Shown here piece by piece: positions 20,064 through 29,954 of a stretch of 64,000 nucleotides of DNA (positions are counted from its first letter, which is position 1; every line of letters begins with the position of its first letter). The translations under genes and the position numbers were made by a program. This stretch comes from a virus. Under the pieces are notes generated by a model. That model was not told the DNA's origin, ran no database searches, and saw only the letters and a program-made list of their open reading frames with translations. The DNA is taken from positions 1 to 64,000 of IMG/VR virus record IMGVR_UViG_3300037454_000906; one strand, written 5' to 3'.

Positions 20064-21834
20064 CTAGTCCTTGTTCTTGATCTTTACCATTTCGGGCATG
20101 ATGACTTCGATCTTTTCCTTCGGGTCCGTAAGGGATTGAATGTCATTGGTGTCGCCGCGGTACCTGGCGATTTCCAGGGCCCGATTGATGGCCATATCGC
20201 GGCTATTGGCGTTAAAACCATACTCAATGTTGCCGTCGGTGGCATATTCCAGCAAGAGCGCGGTGCCCCCGTGGTTCCTGCCCAGGCCGAACGTCTGCCA
20301 TTTGTAATACGGCTCGCCGCATTCTTCCCAGACTTCCCCGTTAAACACCACGTAACCATCAGCTACTTTCTGTGCGGCCTCGGTCGCATCTTCAAGCGAG
20401 GATGCCACTATCTTGTACGCGCCGTTGAGGGTTTCCTCGGATTCTTCGAGCGTCTTATACCAGCCGAAATCACGCTGGCATTCGATTTCATTCGCCAGGC
20501 CATCCGCTTTCATGGGCTTCTCGGAACGGAGTGCACCAAACTGGTATGGCTTGGCGCGGAAGCACTTTCCATTGTAGGTTCGTATCGCGAACCTGTTGAA
20601 GATGCCGGCGGATTTGTCGGAATCGTACGCTTTCCTTACTTCGTCCATGGTCGAGGCGCCTTTCGCGATGCTCTCGTAGTCTGTCACGAAGAATGCTACC
20701 GGGAATTCGTCTTCAAGCAGCACGGGGGAATACAGGGTGACTTTCTTACACACGCGTTCCCTGATGACCGTGCGGCTCTTGGCCGAGGGGAGATAGGAAA
20801 TCTTGAACGGTATCTTAACTTCCATCTGTAAACGGCAGTGCTCATGGTTTTTCGGGTTCATGCTGGTCTCCTTTCGTTATGCGTGTAAGATATGACCCCG
20901 ACCTCCACCGGGCTCGGGGTCCGTGGAATGCGGCAGGTTACTTCTTCGGCTCTTCGTTGCCGGGGTTCGCGGGCTTTTTGGTGTCCTCAGCGAGCTCCTT
21001 GTCGATCATCCTGGCCATGAAGATGGTTGCCGGATCGAGCGGCTGGTTGCTGTTGATGGCCTGGAGAATCATGCAGTTTCCGATGGAGATGTCGTTCTTC
21101 GTCTCCATCTCCTTCATCACCTTGCCCATGAGTTTCGCCTTGGTCACGGAGGCAAAGTCGATGGCGCCGTTGGCCTGGATGCTCTGCATCAGCATGATCT
21201 TGGAGTAGTCGATGTTGTCGGGATCTTCGGCCATCTGGCCAATGATTTTCGCCTTCATGACATCCCCGAGATTGAAGTTGAAGTTGGCGGCGGAATTGTT
21301 GGTTTGGTTGTTTTCTGCCATGATATTTGTTTCCTTTTGGTTGTTGTTTGAATGTTGTTCCGTGCCTTTCACGGTATGTCCGGTATATCGTCCGGTATAT
21401 TGTGGGTGGGTTATTACTTCAAACGCAATTTCACCGGGGGTCATATTTCTACGAAGTCCAGCTATAACTGCGGTAAGCAAGATGGCGTGGCCTGGGGTGT
21501 CTTCGGTTATGCGGGGGTAACCGTTATCAACGATAATGTCCGTTACCCGTTGAATCATGGAATCTATCGGTTCGCCGTATTTGGCGGCAGTTTTGGTAGT
21601 ACCATCCGCGGGGCCATGCCTAAAAACTTGCTTGATCGAATCCAGCGTTTGTTGGGCATTAGATACGCGTTCTGCATATTCCGCAAGTTCTGCATATTCC
21701 GCAAACTTCTTGATGCGGCCCTCGCGATTCTTGATTTCGTTATAATCCTCGCGAAACTGCTGGTGATCCAAATCTGGATCATAATGGCTTATTTCTTCAT
21801 CACGCAGGGATATCCTCCTTTTGTTAATGGTCAT
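20064..21834 (-). CDS. Hypothetical ORFs 20064..20861 and 20938..21834 (the latter with a probable internal start at MAENNQ, ~21320)
   Basis: RBS-supported ORFs separated by a degenerate hairpin copy. Confidence 0.65.
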
Positions 21835-21976
21835 TTCTGGCCAAAGTGTTTTGTTGGTGTGGCTTGTGAGCGTTCACTCGGTTATGACAGCCGGTTAGCC
21901 ACTAAATTCTTCGTTCTTGCTGAGCCCATGGTATATTCCCGGGGTCCACTGTACGTGGCATGACACGTACACGGGG

Positions 21977-22023
21977 GTGAACTACCCACGCCCTACAGGG
22001 CGTGAGCTTGCGACCGCCCATTT
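21977..22023 (-). mobile_element. 47-bp non-autonomous IS605-family derivative (PATE-like, fused left and right ends)
   Basis: TTGAC | AAATGGGCGGTCGCAAGCTCACGCCCTGTAGGGCGTGGGTAGTTCAC; the 5' part matches the left end at 19887 and the 3' part matches the right end at 18430. Confidence 0.8.
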
Positions 22024-22024
22024 G

Positions 22025-23308
22025 TCAAGTCTCCTGAATGAATGAGGTCTCACCGTGCACAACGAACGTGCGGTAACGCTGTCCGCTGGACCACCGTACG
22101 ATGCGCTCGTTGGAATGGCTCGGGTCACTTGGTTCCACGTATTGGATGGAACACCCGTTGCCGGACCGGATGAACGCGATCTCAATGATTCGACCTGCCG
22201 TGTCGTAATACTTTACTAATCCCTCGTCGGGGAAGGTTTCGCGTGAACTGTAATCCGTCGCGCATGAATTGTACGTCGTTTCCAAAGTAGTCTCCTACCG
22301 AAAATGATTAAGGATTGCTACGTTTTTCCAGATTGCTTCTTGGCATTTTGCCTCCTGGGCTTAATTAGCAATATGCTGTGTCGGGGATCGAAGTGGTCCT
22401 GGTCAACATACAGGGCGTACTTGCGATAACGGGACGGGGACGCCGTAAGATGCAGCTCCTCTCCAATGGGTTCTCCGTCCTCGCCAACGATGTCGTACCA
22501 TGACGATAAGGCACCCGACTGTCCCTTGTAGGCTTGGCGTCGTGAACCGAGGTCGATATGCACTCCTGTCTGTTCGTAAAGGTAACGCGCAAACTCCATG
22601 TCGGTTACACGAATCCTTCGGTAGCCGTATTTGTCATCATGGTAATTGGTACACATGTAGTCCAATTTATGCTTTTCGTACCCTGGCATGCCGGGTTCAA
22701 GCGTTACTACTAGAGACATGGTTCCCCCTCGCCAGATATTTGTTGCACGCAATAATCCGCAGGTTTTCCCGGGTATTGTAACTCGGCCCGCCGTTTGCAA
22801 ACATTTCTTTCGCCCGGTCAAGGCCGTATAAATCAACCGCCGTTACCTTTTCCGGGTCAACGAACCCGTCTTTGTCGGTAACGAAGTCTGCTATTTCTCT
22901 GTAGCTCATTGTCTATCCATAATTCAATGGTTCACTTCGCGTCAATCACTTGGATGGCCAGATGTCCATTGGCTTCAAGTTGTTCAATGATATCATTCAT
23001 TCTGCGGTCGTTCGGGATCACCATCGCCTTGGCGGCGGTTTCACAGAGTAATGCCCTTATAACCTTTCCGGGAGTGCGGGTCGCTTCCGAATAAACCGAG
23101 AACACGTCCCTGATGTATTTCCTGCTGAACTGGTCGAACAATATTACCATGCTTTCTCCTTGCTCGTCGATTTCGTACACTTTACTTTACACCGTGCCTT
23201 CCCTGGGTTCAGGCTGAACCCCAGGGGGACCAGGGTGGTGCCGTCAATGTCCACCCTCACTCGGACGTTCATCGAATTGGCGATGGCTATATCTAACGGG
23301 TTGATCAT
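22025..23308 (-). CDS. Small hypothetical ORFs: 22025..22285, 22318..22719, 22697..22909, 22932..23180, 23144..~23308
   Basis: Contiguous co-directional ORFs. Confidence 0.55.
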
Positions 23309-23390
23309 TTGGTTTCCTCCGTGTTCCTCGTGTCCCCATGATGCGCACCCCGGCTCCACCGGGCGAGTGGAACCGTGTACACGGAATGGG

Positions 23391-24011
23391 CTAGTAGGTT
23401 GACCTGAAGATGGCCTCGGATTCCTTGTCCAACTCATCCAGGTACTTGTAGGATACTTCCGTCTTCGGCTGGGGGCTATCGGGATGCGCGGGCATCTGAG
23501 CTATACAGAATCGTACGCCTTCACCACAGTATATAGCCTTGCCATACTGGACCAGCGCGCCAAGCCGGGTCTTGTTGGGAATGAGTTTCAAGGTGACCTT
23601 GAGGGCCTTGCAGAACTTTTCGAGTCTGGGGAACTGATCTGCGTGGACATAGGACATGGTGTTCCATTCGGGGTCCTGGTTGCCAAACGGAATAACCCTG
23701 TTTAGCAGGGGGACCCTGGTATCGTCATCGCTCAATTTTTCCGGGGGGAACTTCGTTCCGTTTCTCGGCGCGAGCTTGACTGCATCGAAATCTCCACCGA
23801 CTGGATCGAGACCAAGGTAATCGGCGTATTCGTTTGCCAATCCGGCCACGAGGCCCCTGCTGGCCTTAACGATAACCAGAGCGTGCCCATCGGTTGCTTC
23901 GACAGTACACTTTCGGAGGTCGAATTTGATGCCATTGATCCAGCGGTAAGCGTAGTCCTTACCGACGAACGACTGGATGGCATAGAGCAACTTGCTAAGT
24001 CTCTTTTTCAT
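23391..24011 (-). CDS. Possible sliding-clamp (DnaN)-like fragment protein
   Basis: INGIKFD....VEATDGHAL resembles the DnaN L.G....ATDGHRL motif; strong internal RBS before MKKRL. Confidence 0.45.
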   Translation of the reverse strand: MKKRLSKLLYAIQSFVGKDYAYRWINGIKFDLRKCTVEATDGHALVIVKASRGLVAGLANEYADYLGLDPVGGDFDAVKLAPRNGTKFPPEKLSDDDTRVPLLNRVIPFGNQDPEWNTMSYVHADQFPRLEKFCKALKVTLKLIPNKTRLGALVQYGKAIYCGEGVRFCIAQMPAHPDSPQPKTEVSYKYLDELDKESEAIFRSTY

Positions 24012-24253
24012 GGTTGGTGTTCTCCTTTGGTTCGGTTTCTTCCCTGTAACATGCCTTGCACAAGAACCGAGTCCTGAACCGGTCGGTACCCCAAAAATAA
24101 GGTACTTCGTCGGGTACCCGCACTTATCGCATGGTTCGGGATACCCGTTGGGTTTCCGCATGTACTGGTTCAATTCCTTGTTCACGTGAATCCTTGTTCG
24201 TGTTGTCGGATCATATGATGTGGCGCCGGACACCATCGTGTCCGGCGGCTACG

Positions 24254-27200
24254 TTACACGGATGTTTCGCGTGTCCACCAGGGATCCGGGTGGGAGCGTG
24301 CCTCCGAGGGCCAGCGGTCGCTGGGCGGGGGAGGGAGTTCAGCGGGGCCGTAGTCAATGCGCAGGTCAGTGAGATTCCTCCCCATCCACCCGCAACATGC
24401 AACGAGTTGTGCTTCGCCGTGATCCGGGTTCTCGTAGAAAACCACGCGCTCACCCGTTTTCTTGATTACGCCGGAGACCTTGTACAGTTTCGGCTTGGAT
24501 GATCCGAGTATGAGGGTGGAAAGCGCGCAGCCTATTACACACAGCCATAGAACTATTTCGTCACTCATTGTCTTTCTCCTACAAAGTAGTCCTTCATGAT
24601 TAGTCCCCTTAATTTTCGCTGTTTTCGGTTTCCGGGCCGGTCTGTTTCCACTCGATAACCTCGCAGGGTCCAAAGTCGGCATCGACCATGAACTGTTCGG
24701 CATACTCGAGGGCTTCTTCTCTGTTCCTCGCCCGGACTTTGACGCGGCAAACTGCGGTAAGTTTGAAGTCAATCTGAAAATCCCGTTGTTCGGCATCTTC
24801 CTTGATGGCCTGCTCGATAGCTTCCGGGGAAAGGTCATGAACACCATCCATTTCGGCGCTTTCGCGAAGAATATAGTCGCGATCGCTTGCGTCAGTAATG
24901 TCGTCCACTTCGATGTTGTACTTGCTTCGGCAAATGTCGGATTCTTCCTTGATTATGCCAGCCTTTACGGATGCCCTGAGGATGATATTGGCACCAAGCT
25001 CCCTGTCCGAACGCACGGCAAAGTTGTGCAGAGTATAGCATGCCTCCTCGTCGGAAATGTCGATGTGGTACCATTTTTCCATTTTGACCTCTTTTATTAT
25101 TGGCTATACCCACCCAACCTTAGTATTCTTGGCAGGATTATAGCAGCCCAGTTAAGCCGAACGATTTTATTGCTGGAAACAGTGTTTTACGAGTTTGTTG
25201 CCGTTGTCAAGGTTCCAAATATCGTCCAAAGAATCTTCGTAAGAGTTCTCTGTATTTTCGTCATCCCCGTACTCTTTTTTCATGGCTTCAAACTGATCAG
25301 GTGTAAGCTCTGTATAAGTTTCCCCGATGCACCGCAAAAAGTGAGCGGTATCAATTTCGCTGCAATAGTCTTCGTCGTATCCGCTATTTTTAAAGTACGT
25401 ATCGCAGAGATCTTTGACGATGATTCTTTGTGATTCTTCGCAATAGAAAGTTTCGCCTGCGATACAATCCTTTACTTGCTTCCTGAAATCTTCGATTTTC
25501 ATTTTAGTCCTCTTCCTCGGGGGTGAAAATTGACTTGCCGTCGTACAGACCGACCGAATCATCCGGCTTGATTTCGTAGAAACCGTGCCGCTCCATGATG
25601 TCCTTGGGAATTTCATGGATTTGGTTCACACAAAAATATTTTTCGACCAGTTCCTCGGCGGACGGATTTCCCTCGATGGGGTTGAAAAGGTTAGTGGAGT
25701 CCCGGAACGACTTGAAGTCGCTCTTGGCCCAGTCGGAGGCAGCATCATGGATAATCTTCTTGACTTTCTCCCAGTCACCTCCCGGACCGTCCGGGATAGT
25801 GAACACGAACAGGTAGCTTTCGTCCCCGTCCGCAGCCAGGGAATTGATTTGCATTTTAATCTGTTTCGTCTGGTTTTTCATAGGAATGTTCTCCATTGTT
25901 TTAATTCCTCTGTATGGCAGCCCCGTTAAGCTGTAATCTCGCTATACTTGCTTTCAAGTTCTCTCACGTTCCCAATGAACTCGTCAAAGGTAATGTATTC
26001 CCCGATTTCCACGAACCAAAAGGCTCCGCACGTGCTCAGGGTGCTATCGCCCTTTAAGAGCGTTTCGGAGAGTTCGTTGTCTTGTTGCGGATTGAATTTG
26101 GGGACTCGCAACAATATCGTGCGGTTCTTCCTGTCCTCTGCAACTAATTGTAATGTAGCCATAATTCTCCTCTTATATTATTTTCGTTTATTCTTGGGTT
26201 TCCACGACTTGACCATCGAGCACCATTCGAAATTGTCGCAACAGTCTCCGATGCACGAGTTCTTCTTTTCCTCACCGCACCACGTCACACGGTCCTTTTT
26301 GTGGAAATGCTTGCAAAAATAACATGATTTTTCAAATTCGGCCATAACAATACCTTACCTTGAATTTTAACTTGATGCCGGTACGGTGTGCTCCCGGCCT
26401 CCACCGACCCCGGATCGCCGGTGACACGGGGGTCAAAATACCACGACCACTCGTTCTCGGTGGTATTCTTCCTTGGTCTCGGAACCGAAGTCAATGTCCC
26501 CGGGCTTGGTCCAAACCGGGTTTCCGCTGAAAACCACCCGGTCGGTATCGAAATCGTACATCCAGGCAGTTCCCTCGTTATTGTACATTTCAATCATGTC
26601 AAGCGGAGAGATGCGGCGGCTGCTTTCGATCTTGATTACGCCGCTCAATGTGTCACCATGGAGGTCCATGTATAGTTTGGACCAGTGAGGTTCCTCTGCC
26701 AGCATCGGGTAACGGGGTGTCGTTTGGATTCCCTTGTTCGTAGCCTCGTGAAATGCTTCATCGGTCAACAAATGATCCAGCCAGACACGCTGGCCCCTGG
26801 CATCGGCTTCACCGATTGTGGTCCAGATTTTCTCACACTCCTCTCGACCGATGGCCTTCAAGGTCTTGCCGTGTTCATAGCCGTCGTGTGCCACATAGAT
26901 GTAACGGACCTCGTTCCCCTTGCGGAAACCAATGTGTGAACGTGTACCCATTTTGTCCTCCTATACGTCTTTGTTTGAGTTCTGCCGGTACGGTGCGCCA
27001 TCGGGTACCACCGTTCATGGGGAACCGGTGGCACGGGTGGTCCATTATGGATCCAAGTCGAGCAGGGATTCATCGCTCTCGTCGAGGAACTCGATGTCCA
27101 CGGGGACCTTGGAGAACCCCTGTGACGGGACGAGGGAGTTGCCGCTCTCGTCATTGTTGGCTAACATGGCGTTAATTCTCTTCCATTTACCGGAAGGCAC

Positions 27201-27353
27201 GGCATATAGACCGATATCTTCCGGTTTCCCTCCCCCGCCGAAGGCGAAATATAGGTCGGCCTTGTTGCGCTTGGCGACATATAGGAGATTCTTGACAGCC
27301 ATGGTGATTTCGGCCATGGCTTCCGGCTTGATGTTCATTGCACTCATATGCAC
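24254..27353 (-). CDS. Hypothetical ORFs: 24254..24568, 24609..25082, 25167..25502, 25504..25896, 25926..26162, 26433..26951 (MGTRS.IG...IY..HDGY phage-type N-terminus), 27045..27353
   Basis: RBS-supported co-directional ORFs; 25.1-26.3 kb is visibly more AT-rich. Confidence 0.6.
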
Positions 27354-27378
27354 CTCCTCACGGGTGAACTGGTATGGG

Positions 27379-27843
27379 TTAGTATTTGTCCATTTCGGCT
27401 ATTTCTGCCAGATCATCGGCATCATAGTCCCAGGTAGTTCCTTCTCTCACCGATTTCATGAACCCTTCCCAGAGGTGCCTGTCGGAGTCGAGATTTCCAT
27501 TGAATAATTCACCGAATCCAAACCACCCCTTATCATGCGTACGGGCATAGAACACCCTCGGTTCCTCCTTGTCGGGCTCCGGGTATCCTTCCGTAACGAC
27601 AATGAAGTCGGTTGTTTCGGCGAACAGCCAGTAACTGTTCTTGACGGCCTGTTGCCACATCGCGAAAGCATCCTTCATGTCTTCGCGGGTCTGGAAATCC
27701 TTAAAGGGGATTACTTCAATCACCTTGTCGAGGTAATGCCTAGACAGGCGAATCTTCCCATCGTCGAACACATGGTACACCTTTCCGACTTCGGGAACCA
27801 CGTCGGTTTGATCCTTATCATAAATGTTTGGTATCTTCATCAT
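27379..27843 (-). CDS. Hypothetical protein (MMKIPNIY..., 154 aa) abutting the CRISPR array
   Basis: The listed 263-aa ORF is inflated by read-through of the array; plausible ATGs at 27843 and 27840. Confidence 0.65.
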   Translation of the reverse strand: MMKIPNIYDKDQTDVVPEVGKVYHVFDDGKIRLSRHYLDKVIEVIPFKDFQTREDMKDAFAMWQQAVKNSYWLFAETTDFIVVTEGYPEPDKEEPRVFYARTHDKGWFGFGELFNGNLDSDRHLWEGFMKSVREGTTWDYDADDLAEIAEMDKY

Positions 27844-28404
27844 GTTAGTCACCATGCGACCCAGTGGGGATGCTATCGAACGCGGCGGGGCATAGAAGTT
27901 TCGCGGAGTTGTAGTCACCATGCGACCCAGTGGGGATGCTATCCTGGGACACCAATGAAATACTCCGTTCAGTGTTGTAGTCACCATGCGACCCAGTGGG
28001 GATGCTATCTTATATGGGCGAAGGCCGCAGATTGTGCCCGTTGTAGTCACCATGCGACCCAGTGGGGATGCTATCGATTCCCGGCACCCTTCGTGTGTAG
28101 GTAGGTTGTAGTCACCATGCGACCCAGTGGGGATGCTATCTGTCATAGTCTCCTGTTGCGGTTTCGCCATGTTGTAGTCACCATGCGACCCAGTGGGGAT
28201 GCTATCAAAAAGAAATTTAATATCTCGGCTCGAACCGTTGTAGTCACCATGCGACCCAGTGGGGATGCTATCACCGAGGGGGCACTGCTCATAGAGAGTA
28301 GAGTTGTAGTCACCATGCGACCCAGTGGGGATGCTATCGCGTCTCGGGAACGACTCATCAACGCGACTGTTGTAGTCACCATGCGACCCAGTGGGGATGC
28401 TATC
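27842..28404 (-). CRISPR. CRISPR array: 9 repeats (36 nt) and 8 spacers (seven 30 nt, one 29 nt)
   Basis: GTTGTAGTCACCATGCGACCCAGTGGGGATGCTATC at 27908, 27974, 28040, 28105, 28171, 28237, 28303 and 28369; degenerate copy at 27842. Minus orientation is inferred from the degenerate end and the gene direction. Confidence 0.97.
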
Positions 28405-28474
28405 CGATTTCTCGTAAGGTGTTGTTTGTCAATGCATTGCAGCATAAGTTAGCAAACTTTTTACCATCTTTTAG

Positions 28475-28495
28475 GCATGGTTTGGGGGCTACACC
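28475..28495 (-). ncRNA. Candidate anti-repeat (tracrRNA-like segment)
   Basis: Plus strand GCATGGT-TTGGG-GGCTACACC is an inverted partial copy of repeat positions 1-16: 7/7 match, 5-nt bulge, then 7/9. Confidence 0.45.
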
Positions 28496-28587
28496 CACCA
28501 TTATTTCCATTCTATGTTGCGTTGCTAACGACGCCATTTTAATTCCTTGTTATTCAAATGGATACATAATATATCCTTGGTACAAAC

Positions 28588-29868
28588 TTAGCAATTTGCA
28601 GCCAATTTGGCAAGTCCCGCTTGTTTAATATTCATGGCGGCATTTACATCGCGGTCATGATGTGCACCACACTTGGCACAGGTCCATTCGCGGATACTGG
28701 TCACCAACTTTTCAGTCAGTTTGTTTCCACAACAATGGCATGTGCGGGATGTATATGCAGGGTCCACTTCGACCACGGTTTTACCATAGGTGGAAGCCAT
28801 AGATTTAATCTTGGTGGCAATCCTGCCCATGGATGCTTCTGCGATGTTCCGGTGAGTAGTCCCGTTTTGACGGTTACTCTTATCGGCAACGTCTTTCAGC
28901 AAACCGCCTTTGATGGCCAAGTCTTCCATGCAGATGACATCAGCATTATCGACCACGAATCTTGCGGTTTCATTGATGTAATTGTTCCTCATGTTATAAA
29001 GTTGTTCGGTTAGTGCCGCAACCTTCTTCTTATAGCGCTTGTAGTTACCCGATTCTGCAACCAGTTTACGCTTTTGGTGTTCCTTCCCATCTTTCCCGGT
29101 AAAAGTGACTACGGTCCATGTACCAGCCCTCATCTTCTTCGCCTGGTAAAATTCAATTTTATTACGAACTTCCTTTACACGCGGATCATCACCGTTACGA
29201 TTGCCCCTAAAATATTTCTTTTTTGTTACAATGGACCTACGGTCAATTTTTCTTCCATCATCAAAGGTAACCGCTGTCGATACCCCGAGGTCGATCCCAA
29301 CCGTATTGCCCGTTTTCGGTAACGGTTCAGCATCCGGCACCTCACAAAGGATGGAAGCAAAATATTTCCCTGTGCTGCTCCTGGAAATTGTGATGGTCCT
29401 TGTTTTCAGTTCAGCGAAGTTGATGTCCTCATAATTCCTAAACTGTATCATCCCTGGGCATTTGGGAACTTTCAACTTATGGCCGTTAACTTTAATCTTG
29501 TCACTCTGGAAACTTCCAGCAATAGATTTTTTATGGTATTCCGGGTGCTTGGCACGGCCCTTGAAGAAGTTGTCAAATGCGGTTTCCAGGTTTCTCTGTA
29601 CACAGTTCAAAGCCCTGGCCTCAATCTCCTTCAAAAAACTGGTAGTTTCCTGCTTCGGGTATATGCTGTAATTGATCTTATGCTTAAACTTGTGGGCTTT
29701 TTTCTCATCGGCGCTCATTCCTTCGATGGATTTCTTGTATTCCTCATAGGCTTCGTTTGCATCATGGAGCATCATGTTGAATATGGCCCTTGCACATACG
29801 ATGGCCTTGGCGAAATAGTTGGCCTGTATTTTGTTGGGGTAGAGCCTTACTTTAAATGCTTTCAACAT
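28588..29868 (-). CDS. CRISPR-adjacent TnpB-like RuvC nuclease (candidate compact Cas12/type V-U effector, 426 aa)
   Basis: N-terminal LKAFKVRLYPN (IS605 OrfB-type); RuvC-I VGIDLGV, RuvC-II CMEDLA, zinc finger CHCCG/CAKCG, RuvC-III DRDVNAAMNI; no IS end hairpins in the flanks. Confidence 0.85.
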   Translation of the reverse strand: MLKAFKVRLYPNKIQANYFAKAIVCARAIFNMMLHDANEAYEEYKKSIEGMSADEKKAHKFKHKINYSIYPKQETTSFLKEIEARALNCVQRNLETAFDNFFKGRAKHPEYHKKSIAGSFQSDKIKVNGHKLKVPKCPGMIQFRNYEDINFAELKTRTITISRSSTGKYFASILCEVPDAEPLPKTGNTVGIDLGVSTAVTFDDGRKIDRRSIVTKKKYFRGNRNGDDPRVKEVRNKIEFYQAKKMRAGTWTVVTFTGKDGKEHQKRKLVAESGNYKRYKKKVAALTEQLYNMRNNYINETARFVVDNADVICMEDLAIKGGLLKDVADKSNRQNGTTHRNIAEASMGRIATKIKSMASTYGKTVVEVDPAYTSRTCHCCGNKLTEKLVTSIREWTCAKCGAHHDRDVNAAMNIKQAGLAKLAANC

Positions 29869-29954
29869 AAGCGCCTCATTGGTTCGTTGTTATTGATGCC
29901 CATACGATGTACCCTCGTGTACCACCGGATCGGGAGTACCCGGTACACGGTCGG

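Noticed and set aside
25102-25120. GGCTATACCCACCC resembles the cassette TIR start, as does GGCTACACCCACC at 28487
   Set aside because: No partner TIR or TSD found. The 28487 similarity remains an alternative explanation for part of the anti-repeat match.
27944-27973. Spacer 2 starts with CTGGGACACC, also found in hairpin copies such as ~38004
   Set aside because: Only about 10 nt match, so it does not support self-targeting.
27379-28452. ORFs 27379..28170 (upper part), 28143..28445 and 28117..28452 with repeated IASPLGRMVTTT or VVVTMRPSGDAI peptides
   Set aside because: They are translations of the CRISPR repeats, open because repeat plus spacer is 66 nt.
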